A DNA stretch of 64,000 nt. It comes from Alloascoidea hylecoeti (lineage: Eukaryota). Made by a program: the position numbers and the translations under genes. Below are positions 36,506 to 49,024 of the stretch, in pieces; position 1 is the stretch's first letter; the number at the start of each line of letters is the position of its first letter. The stretch is from positions 150,831 to 214,830 of the forward strand of contig BCKZ01000020.1 of the NCBI GenBank assembly GCA_001600815.1, written 5' to 3'. The notes under the pieces were generated by a model that saw nothing but the letters and a program-made list of their open reading frames with translations, ran no database searches and was not told where the DNA came from.

Positions 36506-37838
36506 ATGGAAGAACTTCTTCTACCAGAACAAACCGTCCTCCGACAGAGACGTTCCTCTTGGACGATCGGACTTTTGCTCCTGTCAGTGGTTGTTGTTCT
36601 CTGGGTTATGTCCAGCTTCTTGATAAACGTGAGTACAAATGATAAGATAAGATAATGAAATAATCATGATTTCTAACAAAATAATAGTATTTATTTGAGA
36701 CTGGAGCTTATAGAAAAGCATATTTTGTTACATATCTGAATACTGGATCTTTCAGTTTATATTTGTTGCCGAACATAATACAAATTTTGTCTCATAAAAC
36801 ACAAAGTCGGTATGTTGCAGTTAAAGTAGTTTGTTTTACTCATATGAATTTTTGATCGCTCATCTTTTTATTAATAGTTCCACAAACCTCAATAAGAATG
36901 GCGAGGACGAAAGTGAAAATGAAGAGGTTTCACCCCGCTCAACTAGATCAAATCTTTCCTTATCCGCACAATCAAGCCCCATGACTCTCAGTCATTCAAC
37001 CTCAAACTCCCAATTAGAGGTAAACTCTATAATTCCTGTTGTTCAACCATTAACTACAAAAGAAACAGCAATTCTAAGTAGCCAGTTCTGCATATTATGG
37101 TATCTTTCAAACCTAGTCACAAATGCTAGCTTAAGCTACACAAGTGTATCAAGTCAAACTATGTTGGCAAGTACAAGCAGTTTCTTCACCTTGATAATAG
37201 GGCACTGGTTCCAGGTTGAATCTATCACACGATCAAAATTAATCGCGTTAGTGATCTCATTTATAGGTATCGGCCTTGTGTCAAAGTCAGACAGCTCTAC
37301 AAGTCCGACTGATAATGATAATTATACAGCTCCCCAATTAAAACTTTTTGGAAATCTATTAGCACTGGCTGGCGCTGCATTATATGGTTTATACACTACG
37401 ATGTTAAAGATAAGAATCAAAGATGAATCAAGAATAAATATGAAATTATTCTTTGGGTTCGTTGGAATTTTTAATATCATCTTATTATGGCCAAGTTTAA
37501 TTATTTTACATTTCACTGGTTATGAAAAATTTGAATTACCAGGATCCGCAAAAATATGGTTTATTTTGGGTTTAAATATAGCCACCACTTTTATAAGTGA
37601 TTATTGTTGGGTTTTATCTATGTTAATGACTAGTCCGCTAACAGTTACTGTTGGTTTGGCTATTACGATCCCTCTTGCCATGTTTGGTGATTTAATATTT
37701 AAGCATGCTTTTGGTGGATTTGTTTATTACTTTGGTGCGCTTTTGATTATCATATCCTTTATAATGATTAATAGGGCTGATAGAAAGGATGTTGTTCAAA
37801 TGGATGTCCAAACAATACAAAGTGGTGAGGCTATGTGA
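36506..37838 (+). CDS. EamA/DMT-family transporter (YML018C/THI74/SLC35F5-like); join(36506..36628,36688..36809,36878..37838)
   Basis: Spliced N-terminus WTIGLLLLSVVVVLWVMSSFL...YFVTYLNTGSFSLYL, plus FCILWYLSN...SYTSV, YGLYTTMLK and TSPLTVTVGL motifs. Intron phases are consistent. Confidence 0.88.
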
Positions 37839-38078
37839 CATTTATATATATTTAAATTTTGTAAGCAATACCCTGCAAATTTGGGAAGGTTTCATATAGG
37901 TTAGAGTTAGATTAATATTAATTTTCTAGAGTTATAATATACATGTAATACATATACTGAAATTATCGTCATTTATTAGTGATAGGCTCACAGAGTTAGT
38001 ATCAAACATCTCATCATGAAATTACATGAATATATCTGACGTTATATCTAAATGTACGTATATAATATATGTTTTTTA

Positions 38079-39059
38079 TCATGCCGGTAATCGTATTAGC
38101 CAATAAGGATATCCAGGATCCTTTACATGAAACAAAGAGACTAAATAGCTATAAGCGATAAGTAGAAAGGCAGTTGAAGCGATTACCGCTAAAGATTTAA
38201 TGTTTTCATTCGATAGTTTGGGGATGAAAAAAACTAAAGCGGCAACCAAGCCGGCACAAACACTGTAAACGGAACCAACCAAAAACGTTTCAATGGCAAT
38301 CTGATAGGAATGGCCACCCGTAATATATGTTATATCACCTTTATCCCCTTTCATGACAAAAGGAACACCTCTAATAACAGTAAACATGTACCCACTTGTG
38401 AATAGAACAACAGTAATACATGATAAGAAACACCACATTCTTGATTTGCTTAATTTGGCAGCTATAACAGGTGCTCTCTTCCTGATTAAAATTATAGCTC
38501 CTAATGTCCCAACGAAATAAGTTACAAATTGTTGATAATCAAAAGGTTTATGTAGAGTCACTGTTGTATTATGAATCTTTCCAAGCCAGTCGGCAAATCT
38601 CACATCATTCCCATCATCAGCCAAGGGTAATTGAAATCTACCCAAAGTTCCAGTAATGTCTTCTTCACCAGGTTGATACATCCAAATATGGGGAACATCG
38701 GTTAATCCTACCTTTGCAAAAGATTTTTGATTGTTTGCAACATCAGCAATTGCAAATATCAAATCAGATGAACCTGGTCTATCTTGATTCCACGAACGAG
38801 ATACCAATCTGAAATCTTTCTCAAAATCCTGACATAGTTTACAATTAACTGTACTTGATAAAGCCGTGAAATAAATAACCATATAATTTGTTCTTGGACC
38901 GGAAGTCAAGTAATCAAAATTGGTATTTGTTAGTTCAATAACTCCATCTTGGGATTGCAATGCAATTGACTTCAGTTCTTCGGGTTCAATGCCAAAAACA
39001 GAATTAAATGGTGACCACAGGAGTAAAAGAGACAAAGTCAAAAAGATACTTTGTTTCAT
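38079..39059 (-). CDS. OST3: Oligosaccharyltransferase subunit Ost3/Ost6 family
   Basis: Signal peptide from MKQSIF, thioredoxin-like CKLC motif, SGYMFTVIRGVPF, four TM helices and a GYPY C-terminus. The upstream ATG at 39095 is an alternative start, and OST3 versus OST6 is not resolved. Confidence 0.85.
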   Translation of the reverse strand: MKQSIFLTLSLLLLWSPFNSVFGIEPEELKSIALQSQDGVIELTNTNFDYLTSGPRTNYMVIYFTALSSTVNCKLCQDFEKDFRLVSRSWNQDRPGSSDLIFAIADVANNQKSFAKVGLTDVPHIWMYQPGEEDITGTLGRFQLPLADDGNDVRFADWLGKIHNTTVTLHKPFDYQQFVTYFVGTLGAIILIRKRAPVIAAKLSKSRMWCFLSCITVVLFTSGYMFTVIRGVPFVMKGDKGDITYITGGHSYQIAIETFLVGSVYSVCAGLVAALVFFIPKLSNENIKSLAVIASTAFLLIAYSYLVSLFHVKDPGYPYWLIRLPA

Positions 39060-39398
39060 TTGATACCCACAATGGGTCATTTTTAATGAGACCATATTTT
39101 ACGTTTTTGAAGTTGATTTGGTGTTCATTATAGATTCCATCGCCTGAAAAGGTGGTTGGGTGTTGGTTGAACTATAATACAGTGATATCACTTAATTTCG
39201 GCCTTTTTCATGGCTCATTTTCGCCTGGGTTCGGCACTGGATATTACGAATCATACCGGTAATACTGCGGTCGAAAATAACTAACGGGGATGATCGAAAT
39301 TAAGTGGAATCATTGTATCAATTCCTGAAATAAAAAATAAAAAATCCTTTCATAAAAGTAAAATAATAACTACGTAACTAATAATATTAATACAATCA

Positions 39399-42300
39399 TT
39401 AAACCTCCAAAAACTGGAGAACATCCATGACTTTTCTAACCGCTTCCACATGCCAGGGAACAACACCATTCCTCTCTACCGCATAAATATTATTTTTATT
39501 CCTTGAAATAACCCCAGAATTATAACCCAGCGAAACAAGAGATCTATAATGTTGAAGAATAGTTTTAATCATTGCTGCATAATTAACAGGTGTAGCTAGT
39601 ATCGATACCTCTAAGCAGTCAATATCTTTGCCGGTATCGTTTACACCTAATCGAGAGATTCCTGTAACAGAAGACAGAGATGGATTCAATAGGTAACCAG
39701 TTACAATACTCACTCGGCCATTACCACTTCCTTGATTTGAGTTTAATAAACTTTTAGACAATATCGGCATTCGATGTTTTAATATAATTCCATAGATAAT
39801 ATCATTTATATCAACAATCAATGTATCATCTGGGACATCATCCATTGTATTTGAAGTTTTTGAAGGTGTGACAATTGCTGTAGAGTAGAGATCTGGTGAA
39901 TCTAACTGAAAAGGTGTGGTAGTGTTAGGACCCGTGGATCCTGTAGATAATGCGGCATTTGGACCAACACAATTCCCTGATGTTTCAAAACTCAACTTTG
40001 AATTTTTCGATATCGAAGGGGACTTGAATGAAATATTTGGTCTGACATTAACAGAAGCATATGTAACAACTAGATTTTTTACCTGGGAAACAATTCCCTG
40101 CCACATTGAAAGCTCGTCATCTTCCATTATACCTAATTTTGCTAAAACGATCCACCATCTTACTGGTAATGTTCGTGTAATTGCTAATGTTTTTTCCCAT
40201 AAATCTGTGCATACATCTTCAAATGGCCGGGAAATTACAGTTTCATGATCTGAATTACTATTGGTTGATGATTTTGAGGGTGCAAGCAGGAAAGATTCAA
40301 CCTTAGATATCTCTCCCCACTGATCGGTCCAAGCACAACATACCCATCTTTTATCAGAGGACCTTGAATAACAAATATGCAAATATGAATCCTCCATTAA
40401 TAATGATTGTGATGGCACAGGTGATATTTTAAAGTTTATTCGTGAGGGTGGTATTCGAGGAAGTGTTGTACGTGGTTGTGGTCGCTGAAGTCCCAAATCA
40501 TCTAAGTTTGCGATACCTTTGAATTCTGTAGAATCAGTTGAAGGTTGTTCGGATGGTGTTATTTTATCATAAAGAGTCATTGCAAATCTAGACAATCTAA
40601 ATTGGGATGGTATAGTTAATTTATTGTCGTTAATAAAAAAATGGCATGGTATTATCTGAAATGCCAATGAGAAATTTGGATGTGAGTTATTGTTATTTGG
40701 ATGGGAAGAATTAACACCAAGATGCGTTTTAAATGCCTGTTGACTTAAAAGATTTAGGCACTGCGACAAATGAAATAATGATTGAACATGAGATATTGGG
40801 TTTGCAACTAAAATCATAAAGTTTGTATTAACATTGACCTGATTTAAAAGAGCGCCAATTTTAATTGAGATGGATGCGAATTCATTAAGAAGGTTATTTA
40901 ATGTTGTCTGTAGATTATTATCAGAATTTAAGCTATTTTCATAACTTATCGGTAACAACCCATTTTGACAAACATCATCAAATTCGGCCATTGTAACATT
41001 TCCCAGTCCACAGCTTTCATATACCCCTTTGATTGATTCCAAAAACTGACTTGCTGCTAAACGCGTTGATATAGATTCGGGATATATGAATACCAGGGAA
41101 ACATCTTTAGGCCCATGTTTTGGTGTAAAACCAAAAGGTTTCCAAAATCGCAGCGCCGGAGCATTAACTTTTAATGTTTGTGAAAGTCGTCGTATTATAA
41201 ATTGGGGTTGTGGGACAAGGAAAATATTCTCAGAAGAATTCATATCATTGTTATTTATATTTTTATTAGAGTTAAAATCAGTTTTTGGTGGTATACCCTT
41301 CTCGTTATAAAGTTCATTTGGAAGATTTTCGTTTTCAGTTTTTATGAGATCTATTAAATCTAGATTCTGGGGCTTTTTGAAAAGAGAAGGAAGTACATTT
41401 ATAATATTCGCGCTTGGTGCCCGATTCTTGAAATTTGGCGAGACAAGAGATAACAATAAATCATCATCCCAGGTTATTTGTTGAGAAAGAATTTGTAAAG
41501 TTGACGTTAAATCCGTTCCATTTAAGGGGGAATTAGCATCTAGTTCAGGGAAAGGCAGAACTAAATATTCCGGGATTACGTCTGAGGGAACTGTCTTCAG
41601 TAATAAGGGAAGCCATTCTGGGCTAGCTCTTAAGGTTAATTTATTCTGTACCACCTGTCTAGTTGTAGTTATCGTTGAAACGCATTGTTTTTTATTCGGA
41701 AGGTCAACAGATTCTTCTCTTGATCTATTATGGAACTTCTTTGGATCATTTTGTACGTCATTCTCAATTTCATAAGATTCATCAGAATCTTCAGATTCAT
41801 AACTAGAATCCGAGTCCATATCTTTCCCCTTTTCATTGGGAACAAAAAATCGACCACCAGAAGCGTATTTCTGATCGACTGAAGATCTAATTAATGGATT
41901 AAAATTTAAAGGTGCAAATGCACTATTTTGTTTAACACGTAACGAAAGAGGGTTTGAAATTGGGTTTGTGTGGAAACTGGAATTGGGAGATGTCGAAAAA
42001 TAATCTGAAACGGCTGATTTTGGAGAAGAGTTGGGATTTGGTGGTATCACTAGATCGATATTCATTGGTATTTGTGCTCTAGTGTTCGATTCTGTTGTAA
42101 TTTCTTTTGATTTATTATTAATTGGATTTTCACACGATTCTTCTTTGTTGCGTATCAGTGTACTTTCATCTTTATCCATCGTTTCATCTTTTATCTCTTG
42201 AAGATCCAATTTCTGTTTGGGCTCCGATGCAAGCTCACGCTTAGGTTCGATTTCAGATTCATTTTCAGGTTCGGTTTTAGGTTCAGGTTGAGGTTCAGGT

Positions 42301-43538
42301 TCGAGTTTTGGGTCAGGTTCAAGTTCTAATTCAGGATCTGGCTCATCAAAAAAATTAAAGTCTGCTTCTGTAACCTCTTCTTCAGCTCCAAATAATTCTT
42401 CATTTAAATCGCTCCATGCATCGCCCAATGGTTGATTTGGCGTCTTATCTTGGTTTTCTGGAGCCTGTGCATCATTCATTTCTTGATCTTGATCCTCCTG
42501 TTCAGATCTCTTTGGACCTAGAGGATCTGGAGGGGTTGGATAAACTAGATTTACGTTCTGCCTGTTCTTCATATCTAATGCCGGTAAATCTCCACGGTTT
42601 AAGATATTTGGTGGGGTTTCGTCTTCTATTATGGCCTTTAGAAAATCTTCAACCTGGCTGAGCACATCCTTCATTCTGAATAATCTTAAATTTGATATAT
42701 CAATCTGCTGCTGAGATAACTGGATATAACATAATTCCATAGGCCACAGTAGTTTGACTCCTACAGCTTTCTGAAATGTTGTTAAATGTGTATAATCAGG
42801 TATCAGTTCTACCCATTCGAAATTATGTAATTTTTTACCTGTCGTCAGCTCTAATGTTAGTTTAAAAGCCTGTGCATTGTCTGGAGATGGAACAATTGAT
42901 TCATCTAGGGTATTATTTGCCAAAGTAGCAGTGACTCCGGATGGAGCTAAGTATAACCTATATTTAGATTTATCTGAAGGTAGAGATAAATCAGCCCCTA
43001 TTTTAAATCTGGACAAACTGTATAACGTTGTTTTCCGAGTCGATAAGAATAAAATCACTTCACCAAGCGGACTTAGACACGATTCAACCGTTAATTCAGT
43101 AACCCTTCCACCATCTTCATTTAATAGTAATACATCTTTTCCAAAAGGAACGAAATTCAGAAGTTTTGTAAAGTTATGAATAACTAGTTTTCGAATAGCT
43201 TTAACTAAAGCAACATATACTGAATTTATCCCCAACCCCGAAGATGGGAAATTAAGTTGTTGGGATATCATGGAAGGGAGAAACACACCAGTTGTAGTCT
43301 CTTTGAGATTAAATTTGGGATTTGGTTCTGGAGGTAAAGCCTTTTCGGATAATGAAAAAATCCATAATTCCTTGTTGTGTTGTGTTGCGAGTACCGTGGG
43401 ATTATCATGCCGTAGAAGTAGTTCGGCTTCTGACAACGAGCGTGAGCTTGAATCTGGATGGAGAGACAGATATACTTTGTAATTTGCCTGTGTGATCACC
43501 GCCAGCTTGAACGAGTTGGTCGGACTCTCCTGGATCAT
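39399..43538 (-). CDS. SSN2: Mediator kinase-module subunit Med13
   Basis: 1379 aa. ELWIF, LAPSG, WP..LC, YPTPP, VTEADFNFFD, ALRFWKPFGFTP.HGPKD, LHICYSRS.DKRW.CCAWTD..G and a terminal PWHV motif. Confidence 0.92.
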   Translation of the reverse strand: MIQESPTNSFKLAVITQANYKVYLSLHPDSSSRSLSEAELLLRHDNPTVLATQHNKELWIFSLSEKALPPEPNPKFNLKETTTGVFLPSMISQQLNFPSSGLGINSVYVALVKAIRKLVIHNFTKLLNFVPFGKDVLLLNEDGGRVTELTVESCLSPLGEVILFLSTRKTTLYSLSRFKIGADLSLPSDKSKYRLYLAPSGVTATLANNTLDESIVPSPDNAQAFKLTLELTTGKKLHNFEWVELIPDYTHLTTFQKAVGVKLLWPMELCYIQLSQQQIDISNLRLFRMKDVLSQVEDFLKAIIEDETPPNILNRGDLPALDMKNRQNVNLVYPTPPDPLGPKRSEQEDQDQEMNDAQAPENQDKTPNQPLGDAWSDLNEELFGAEEEVTEADFNFFDEPDPELELEPDPKLEPEPQPEPKTEPENESEIEPKRELASEPKQKLDLQEIKDETMDKDESTLIRNKEESCENPINNKSKEITTESNTRAQIPMNIDLVIPPNPNSSPKSAVSDYFSTSPNSSFHTNPISNPLSLRVKQNSAFAPLNFNPLIRSSVDQKYASGGRFFVPNEKGKDMDSDSSYESEDSDESYEIENDVQNDPKKFHNRSREESVDLPNKKQCVSTITTTRQVVQNKLTLRASPEWLPLLLKTVPSDVIPEYLVLPFPELDANSPLNGTDLTSTLQILSQQITWDDDLLLSLVSPNFKNRAPSANIINVLPSLFKKPQNLDLIDLIKTENENLPNELYNEKGIPPKTDFNSNKNINNNDMNSSENIFLVPQPQFIIRRLSQTLKVNAPALRFWKPFGFTPKHGPKDVSLVFIYPESISTRLAASQFLESIKGVYESCGLGNVTMAEFDDVCQNGLLPISYENSLNSDNNLQTTLNNLLNEFASISIKIGALLNQVNVNTNFMILVANPISHVQSLFHLSQCLNLLSQQAFKTHLGVNSSHPNNNNSHPNFSLAFQIIPCHFFINDNKLTIPSQFRLSRFAMTLYDKITPSEQPSTDSTEFKGIANLDDLGLQRPQPRTTLPRIPPSRINFKISPVPSQSLLMEDSYLHICYSRSSDKRWVCCAWTDQWGEISKVESFLLAPSKSSTNSNSDHETVISRPFEDVCTDLWEKTLAITRTLPVRWWIVLAKLGIMEDDELSMWQGIVSQVKNLVVTYASVNVRPNISFKSPSISKNSKLSFETSGNCVGPNAALSTGSTGPNTTTPFQLDSPDLYSTAIVTPSKTSNTMDDVPDDTLIVDINDIIYGIILKHRMPILSKSLLNSNQGSGNGRVSIVTGYLLNPSLSSVTGISRLGVNDTGKDIDCLEVSILATPVNYAAMIKTILQHYRSLVSLGYNSGVISRNKNNIYAVERNGVVPWHVEAVRKVMDVLQFLEV

Positions 43539-44857
43539 ATCTTGTACTACTACTGTTGTGTTGAAAAGCTCTGTATGAAGAATATATCAAATGAATTGGG
43601 TGGATATGAGTGTGTGGATGTATCAAATATATACCAATTTAAATGGAAGAGGATTCAAGTATTAATAGTCACGAGAATAAGTCTAAGGCATATTGTATAT
43701 GGATACAAAACCTCGAGTATAAATATTAAAATTACTGCTATAGCTACTAGCACTATCATTGAATTCAGAGTCATTATATACAATTAGATACTCATATGCT
43801 CCTCGGATTCAGAATTTAAGTTTTTTATCAATTCTTTATCGAAATTCTTAGATCTAATCATGATATATAAGATTTCAATTATGCCTTATTTTACGGTTCT
43901 ATCTGTCGAGTTTAGCATAGTTATTCGAAAACTTCTTCCAAAAGTTGTAGAACAAGCGTTTCCAACTTTCCATACGTCTAGATCTGAGAGAAACCGTTAA
44001 TATACATTTAATTTGATGCATTTTCTCTCATCTCTTTTCATTTTTTACCAGTTTTAACCTCTTTCTATGTCTCATATATCTATCATTAGTAATTATAAAG
44101 GCTTGTTAGTTGCAAGTGAATATTGATATTTTAACTAGGGATTAACTCGGGTGGTGTACCCGCATTAAGCAATATCGGGTTCCTTTAATACGTTTTTTCT
44201 TCATTGTTTATTACTTTGATAATAAAAAAATATATTTTACGTTCTAAATATATTAAATATTTAACTTTCTTTCATTTTCAAAGGTATAATTGTTTCTGAT
44301 CTTTTTACTGAGACTTGGGTACGTTAGCAAAATATGTAATCCATGTAATCCACTTCCAACTCATTCACATCTACCATTGTCTCTATCAGCCTATTAGAAC
44401 CTACTCAGTTTAGAACCTACACAGTTTTAAATCTTCTCGGCCATTACCTACTAAATTTTTTTTAACTTTTCATATATTTTCCAATTAAATTATATAACTA
44501 GACGTAGGTTCTAGTTATTGTTATTGGGATTTTTTGTAAAGGAACAATCATGACATCGTCATTATTTTGGGTGTTCCTTTGGTTATCACTTCGCGAGTAC
44601 ATTTAACATTTCTTGGATGCATTTTATATTGGTTCCTGAAACACATTCCACAGTTCTTGAACTAGCCAGTTCGTGGATAATAGCTTTTGAATTTATCTAT
44701 ATAAACGTAAGATAAATCCCACTTTAAAGGGGAGGAGGTTAGCTTGAATACATTTTTCCTGTTTAGATCTTGATCGTCGTCTGTATCTGATTCCGCCAGT
44801 TACATCTATTGTAAGCTATTAAGTGATCAGTAGCTTACTTTACGTTTTTAAGTTCTG

Positions 44858-44969
44858 GGTTGTTTGGCCGAGTTGGTCTAAGGCGTCCGACTCAAGATAT
44901 TACTTCTTCACAGCTTGTAGCAGTGTTCGGATCTCGCAAGAGGCGAGAGTTCGAATCTCTCAGCAACCA
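44858..44969 (+). tRNA. tRNA-Leu (CAA) with a 29 nt intron (44897-44925)
   Basis: Acceptor stem GGTTGTT/AGCAACC. The anticodon arm TCCGA-CTCAAG...T-TCGGA is interrupted after position 37. Long variable arm and downstream T-run. Confidence 0.95.
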
Positions 44970-45329
44970 ATTTTTTTCCTTTTGTGTCGCAACAAAAATA
45001 AAAAGAAGATTCATAGTCGGTACATATTAGATCATTTTATATGTGAAAAATCTAGCGCTAGAGAAGGGTTCTAGTAGGCCAGCTCAGCTACCACGAGTTA
45101 ATTTAAGTACTGTTGAACTACATTTGCATTGAATAAAAAGTGGAAGGGAATAGAGTAAACAAACAAAACCACTACACATAGTATTACCATAACTTTGGTT
45201 ATTTAGTTATATATCGCAATAGCTAGGTTTGGGGAAAGATCGTATCTATGATTCTTCCACCTTACAAATATTTATAATTAGCTATATATCTCAGCATTTG
45301 TAATTGTAGATTTATATAAAAAAAGGAGC

Positions 45330-46238
45330 TTATAAGATAGTATAACCGCCGTCAATAATGATATCGCTTCCTGTACAAAAAGCAGACGCTTCACTTGCCA
45401 GCCAAATACAAGCACCACTCAATTCGTCGGGGTTTCCCAATCGACCCAACGGAGTTCTATCACTCCATTCATCAAATAGAGTCTTGTAAGCACGATTTAA
45501 AGCAGTATCCATGTATCCTGGAGATATGGAGTTGGCGCGAATACCATGAACAGCCCATTCTGCCGCGAGAGACTTCATCAAATGTTTTACTCCAGCCTTT
45601 GAAGCATTATAAGCTGTTTGTGGTTGTGGCCAATTAATAATAGAACCAGACATTGAAGCAATGAAAACAAGAGAACCACCCGTTCCTTGCTCAATCATTT
45701 CTCTTCCTATAGCTTGAGCAACCAAAAATGAACCGTTCAAGTTAATATCAATAACTCTTCTAAATTTGTCAACTGGATACTCCTCAGCGTGAACCAAGTC
45801 AGCAACACCCGCGGAATTTACTAGAATATCAATTTGACCAAAATAAGATTTGATCTCTTTAATTGTTTCATTAACAGATACCTCATCTCTAACATCCACT
45901 TTATAGAACTGAGTTTTAGTTCCATACAGGGAGCTTAACGTTTCAGCACTCTCAGTACCCAGATCTGCTTGTACATCTATAATTGCTAAACCAGAGAGTC
46001 CAACAGAGCAAAGACCTTCAGCCATGTTATAACCAAGACCACGGGCACCTCCTGTAACCACGGCTACCTTCCCATCTAAACGGAATTTATCAAGATAATT
46101 TTTTTTGGTTGGGGGGCCTTGTGGAACGGCGGCATTTGCAGCAGCAATATCGGCAGCTGTAGGGGTTGGAGGAACGACAGCACCTCTTGCTGAATTTTTG
46201 TGTAGCAGATTTGGTCTTGATAGGTTATTGGTAGACAT
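45330..46238 (-). CDS. SDR polyol dehydrogenase (D-arabinitol 2-dehydrogenase/sorbose reductase-like)
   Basis: FRLDGKVAVVTGGARGLG, NSAG, ASMSGSIINWPQPQTAYNASKAGV and TGSDIIIDGGY. Confidence 0.85.
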   Translation of the reverse strand: MSTNNLSRPNLLHKNSARGAVVPPTPTAADIAAANAAVPQGPPTKKNYLDKFRLDGKVAVVTGGARGLGYNMAEGLCSVGLSGLAIIDVQADLGTESAETLSSLYGTKTQFYKVDVRDEVSVNETIKEIKSYFGQIDILVNSAGVADLVHAEEYPVDKFRRVIDINLNGSFLVAQAIGREMIEQGTGGSLVFIASMSGSIINWPQPQTAYNASKAGVKHLMKSLAAEWAVHGIRANSISPGYMDTALNRAYKTLFDEWSDRTPLGRLGNPDELSGACIWLASEASAFCTGSDIIIDGGYTIL

Positions 46239-46769
46239 CAATATATTGTAATTAATTTCGAAAAGAAATGAAGTAAGTGGGAAAAAAGAAGATGCGGAGA
46301 TTGAAGAGCTTTTTCAATAAATATCACAATTTTTTTTAGATTTTAGTTTCATCATCTATGCATATAGGTTATAGGCCTATATTATGTATGGGTTTGTGTT
46401 GTTCTATATCAGGGTAATTATTTACCACCAGTTTCAATGCGGACAACCCAATTGGCAAGGCTGTTCCTTCAAAATTATCCTAACGGGTGTGTCTACAGCG
46501 TACTTACGTCACCTCGTATATGTAAGGTGACGAATAAGGTATGAACGGCGACGATAAGTCCAATAATTGGTATTATTAAAAATTGGATTTTTTTCTTTAT
46601 ATTTTTCGATGAATGCTTTTATTTTGATTATCATTTTGTAAATAAAAACTCTACGTATGTATACCGGTACATGGTGTATTAATTTAAATATTTTTTCTCT
46701 AGATCCGTACCCAATTAACATCTACAGTTTATAGCAATCCACAATAATAAGAATAATTATAAAGCTACG

Positions 46770-46823
46770 TATATATCTAGTATAATATATATCTAGTATA
46801 ATATATATCTAGTATAATATATA
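46770..46823 (+). repeat. 16 bp tandem repeat TATATATCTAGTATAA, about 3.4 copies
   Basis: Three perfect copies plus a partial copy. Confidence 0.9.
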
Positions 46824-49024
46824 CTCAATTAGAAAGTATCAAGAGCTGATATATTTATTTATTCATTACTTAATTATACAGTTGAAGATCATCGATAATA
46901 CCCTTGTGGGCATCGGTACTAATTATAACTTTATTTTATCAACTGAGTCAGCTGACTCCCAAAATTGTAAAAATATATGGATCATCTACAGCTGGCATTG
47001 TACTGGATCCAGGAAGAGAGTGAGATATCAGCATATGAATAAATACCATCTATAGGACTTCATTATAAAATCATTTGTATAGCTAAATATTAAAGTTTAG
47101 TATGTTATCAATATGTATTAGTTAAGATAGCTCGCTTCAGTCATGTTGAAAATGATTTATATTGTGAATTGAATTATTGATATATTCTATATAGAGCTAT
47201 AGGTATATATAAAAAAGAAAATACTTAACCATATAAACTCTTTATATATTAGAAAATTTCGAAGAGGATATCTCAAAATATTATTTGCAATTGGTATGTA
47301 TAAATTATTGGTATGCAGTTTAGGCTTCTGTGGGGTAACCCCGAGTCAACAAACGGGAAATATAAAGCTTTATAAATTTAGTAGTTAGTACGAGAGTACG
47401 TAATACGTATCACATATTGGTACTTGTATACTTATTTATGTAGCATGACTACTTGGGATGTATAAATTCAGATATTATTAAAGGGCAATTTAGATTTAGC
47501 TTGAATACAACAAATCTTGTTTTCATGGTTTTTATGGATCTCTAATTTAAAACATAAATCAACCCGAGATACTTAATCAAAGTTGTCGGTTATGTGAAGC
47601 TCAACGCTTCCCCTAGATATTATAAAAGAAAAAAACTAAGGAATTACACCACAAATGTTATATACATAATAAATTACAGTCCTCAATTCAAGGTATTTTG
47701 GGCGGATGTAACAGCTGCAGGTAGCGTTTAGTCTGATAGATGTGCAATTCGTTTAACTTAACTAGTTGTTATCCAATAATTTCGCCTCTAGATTGACTTA
47801 ACTTTTAGATCATGGTAGTTCTATATATCATGTGTAGCTATATCATTGATATTACCAATAACTATACAACTGCAATGCGTCTTAGTTTTTGGAAAAAGTG
47901 GTTAACGTTAACGCCCACCTCCAAAGTTATGCTGACTGACAGACACAAACACAGACACAAAGAAAGAAAGAAAAAAGGAAGAAGAAGAAGTTTTATTAGC
48001 TCTTGAATCTTGGCCGTTACGAAAACAGAGGTTGGAGTTAGGTCTGAGAGCCAAGATGCAAAGTAACCATTTTCGTTCCAAAAAGGAAATAAAGGTGCTA
48101 ATTGCTCTTCTATTACTTATGGTTGAAAAGGGCATCTCCGGATTCAGAACTGTTTCACCACCAAACAAGTTTTGTGGTCGTTGAATCAGGGGAATGGGAA
48201 TAGATAGGGCTTCATTATTTTTAAACATAATATGACCGGTCATGTTTTTTTATAGAGATCGATCTTAAAAACTAATTGCAAAGTCACAAACACAATAGCT
48301 TATCGTGTGACATGTTTGGCCAAAACTTAGGCTTAACTCTAAGCTTAGTAGCATTAATTATACATAATATCAGTATGTTTGTTAGTTCATTTACAGTACT
48401 AGTATCCAATCGCAATCTTAATAGTCTTACACGCGGCATCTAGATAAGCTATTGCAATTTGTAATTATATTGCAATGGAAGCCGTTACAGTTTCATCTGA
48501 GTTTATATATGGATTCTACATTTAGATATTTCAATAGAACATAAATAATCAATATTATTCAATAGTAATTGTGGTTATATATAATACCATCTGTGTAAAT
48601 ATAAGATATCTCCACCAATAAAATAATCACACCAAACTGTAACTCTAACTTAGACTAGGTAGGCAAGGGGAAATCCGTATGCAGATAACGAAACTAATGA
48701 TAGCTTTCTGAATAGTATTACATATTAATTATACACTGTTATTTGAAGCTTATCAAGACTTATTTCATAATTTCATATGTAATCCGCTGCCTATTCGAAA
48801 GTTTTTAAGTGAATATTTATTAGAGTTTAGATTTGAAAAAAGATACAGACAAAAATTTTTCGTTAAAGTTTTGAAGCCTTTCAAAGTATTGATAGAGAAT
48901 CTTATTAGATCTCTAAACCAATTTCACAAGATATAAAAGTTTGCCGCAAACCCCTCTTCCTTTAAACTAGTGTTTTCATCAACTGTTCTAACGTCAAAAA
49001 TACCCAAATCTCAATAGAAAAATA

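Noticed and set aside
44823..45074. 83 aa ORF across the tRNA-Leu gene, and the many short antisense or alternate-frame ORFs nested in real genes
   Set aside because: Shadow frames explained by the tRNA or the overlapping coding sequence.
47812..48243. Short overlapping ORFs on both strands upstream of CNT
   Set aside because: Low-complexity purine tract, no recognisable domain and no supporting splice structure.
48300..49024. TPP riboswitch or regulatory intron upstream of the CNT (or FCY2) transporter
   Set aside because: No aptamer core (GCTGAGA, TGATC.GG..AAT.CC.GCG) seen.
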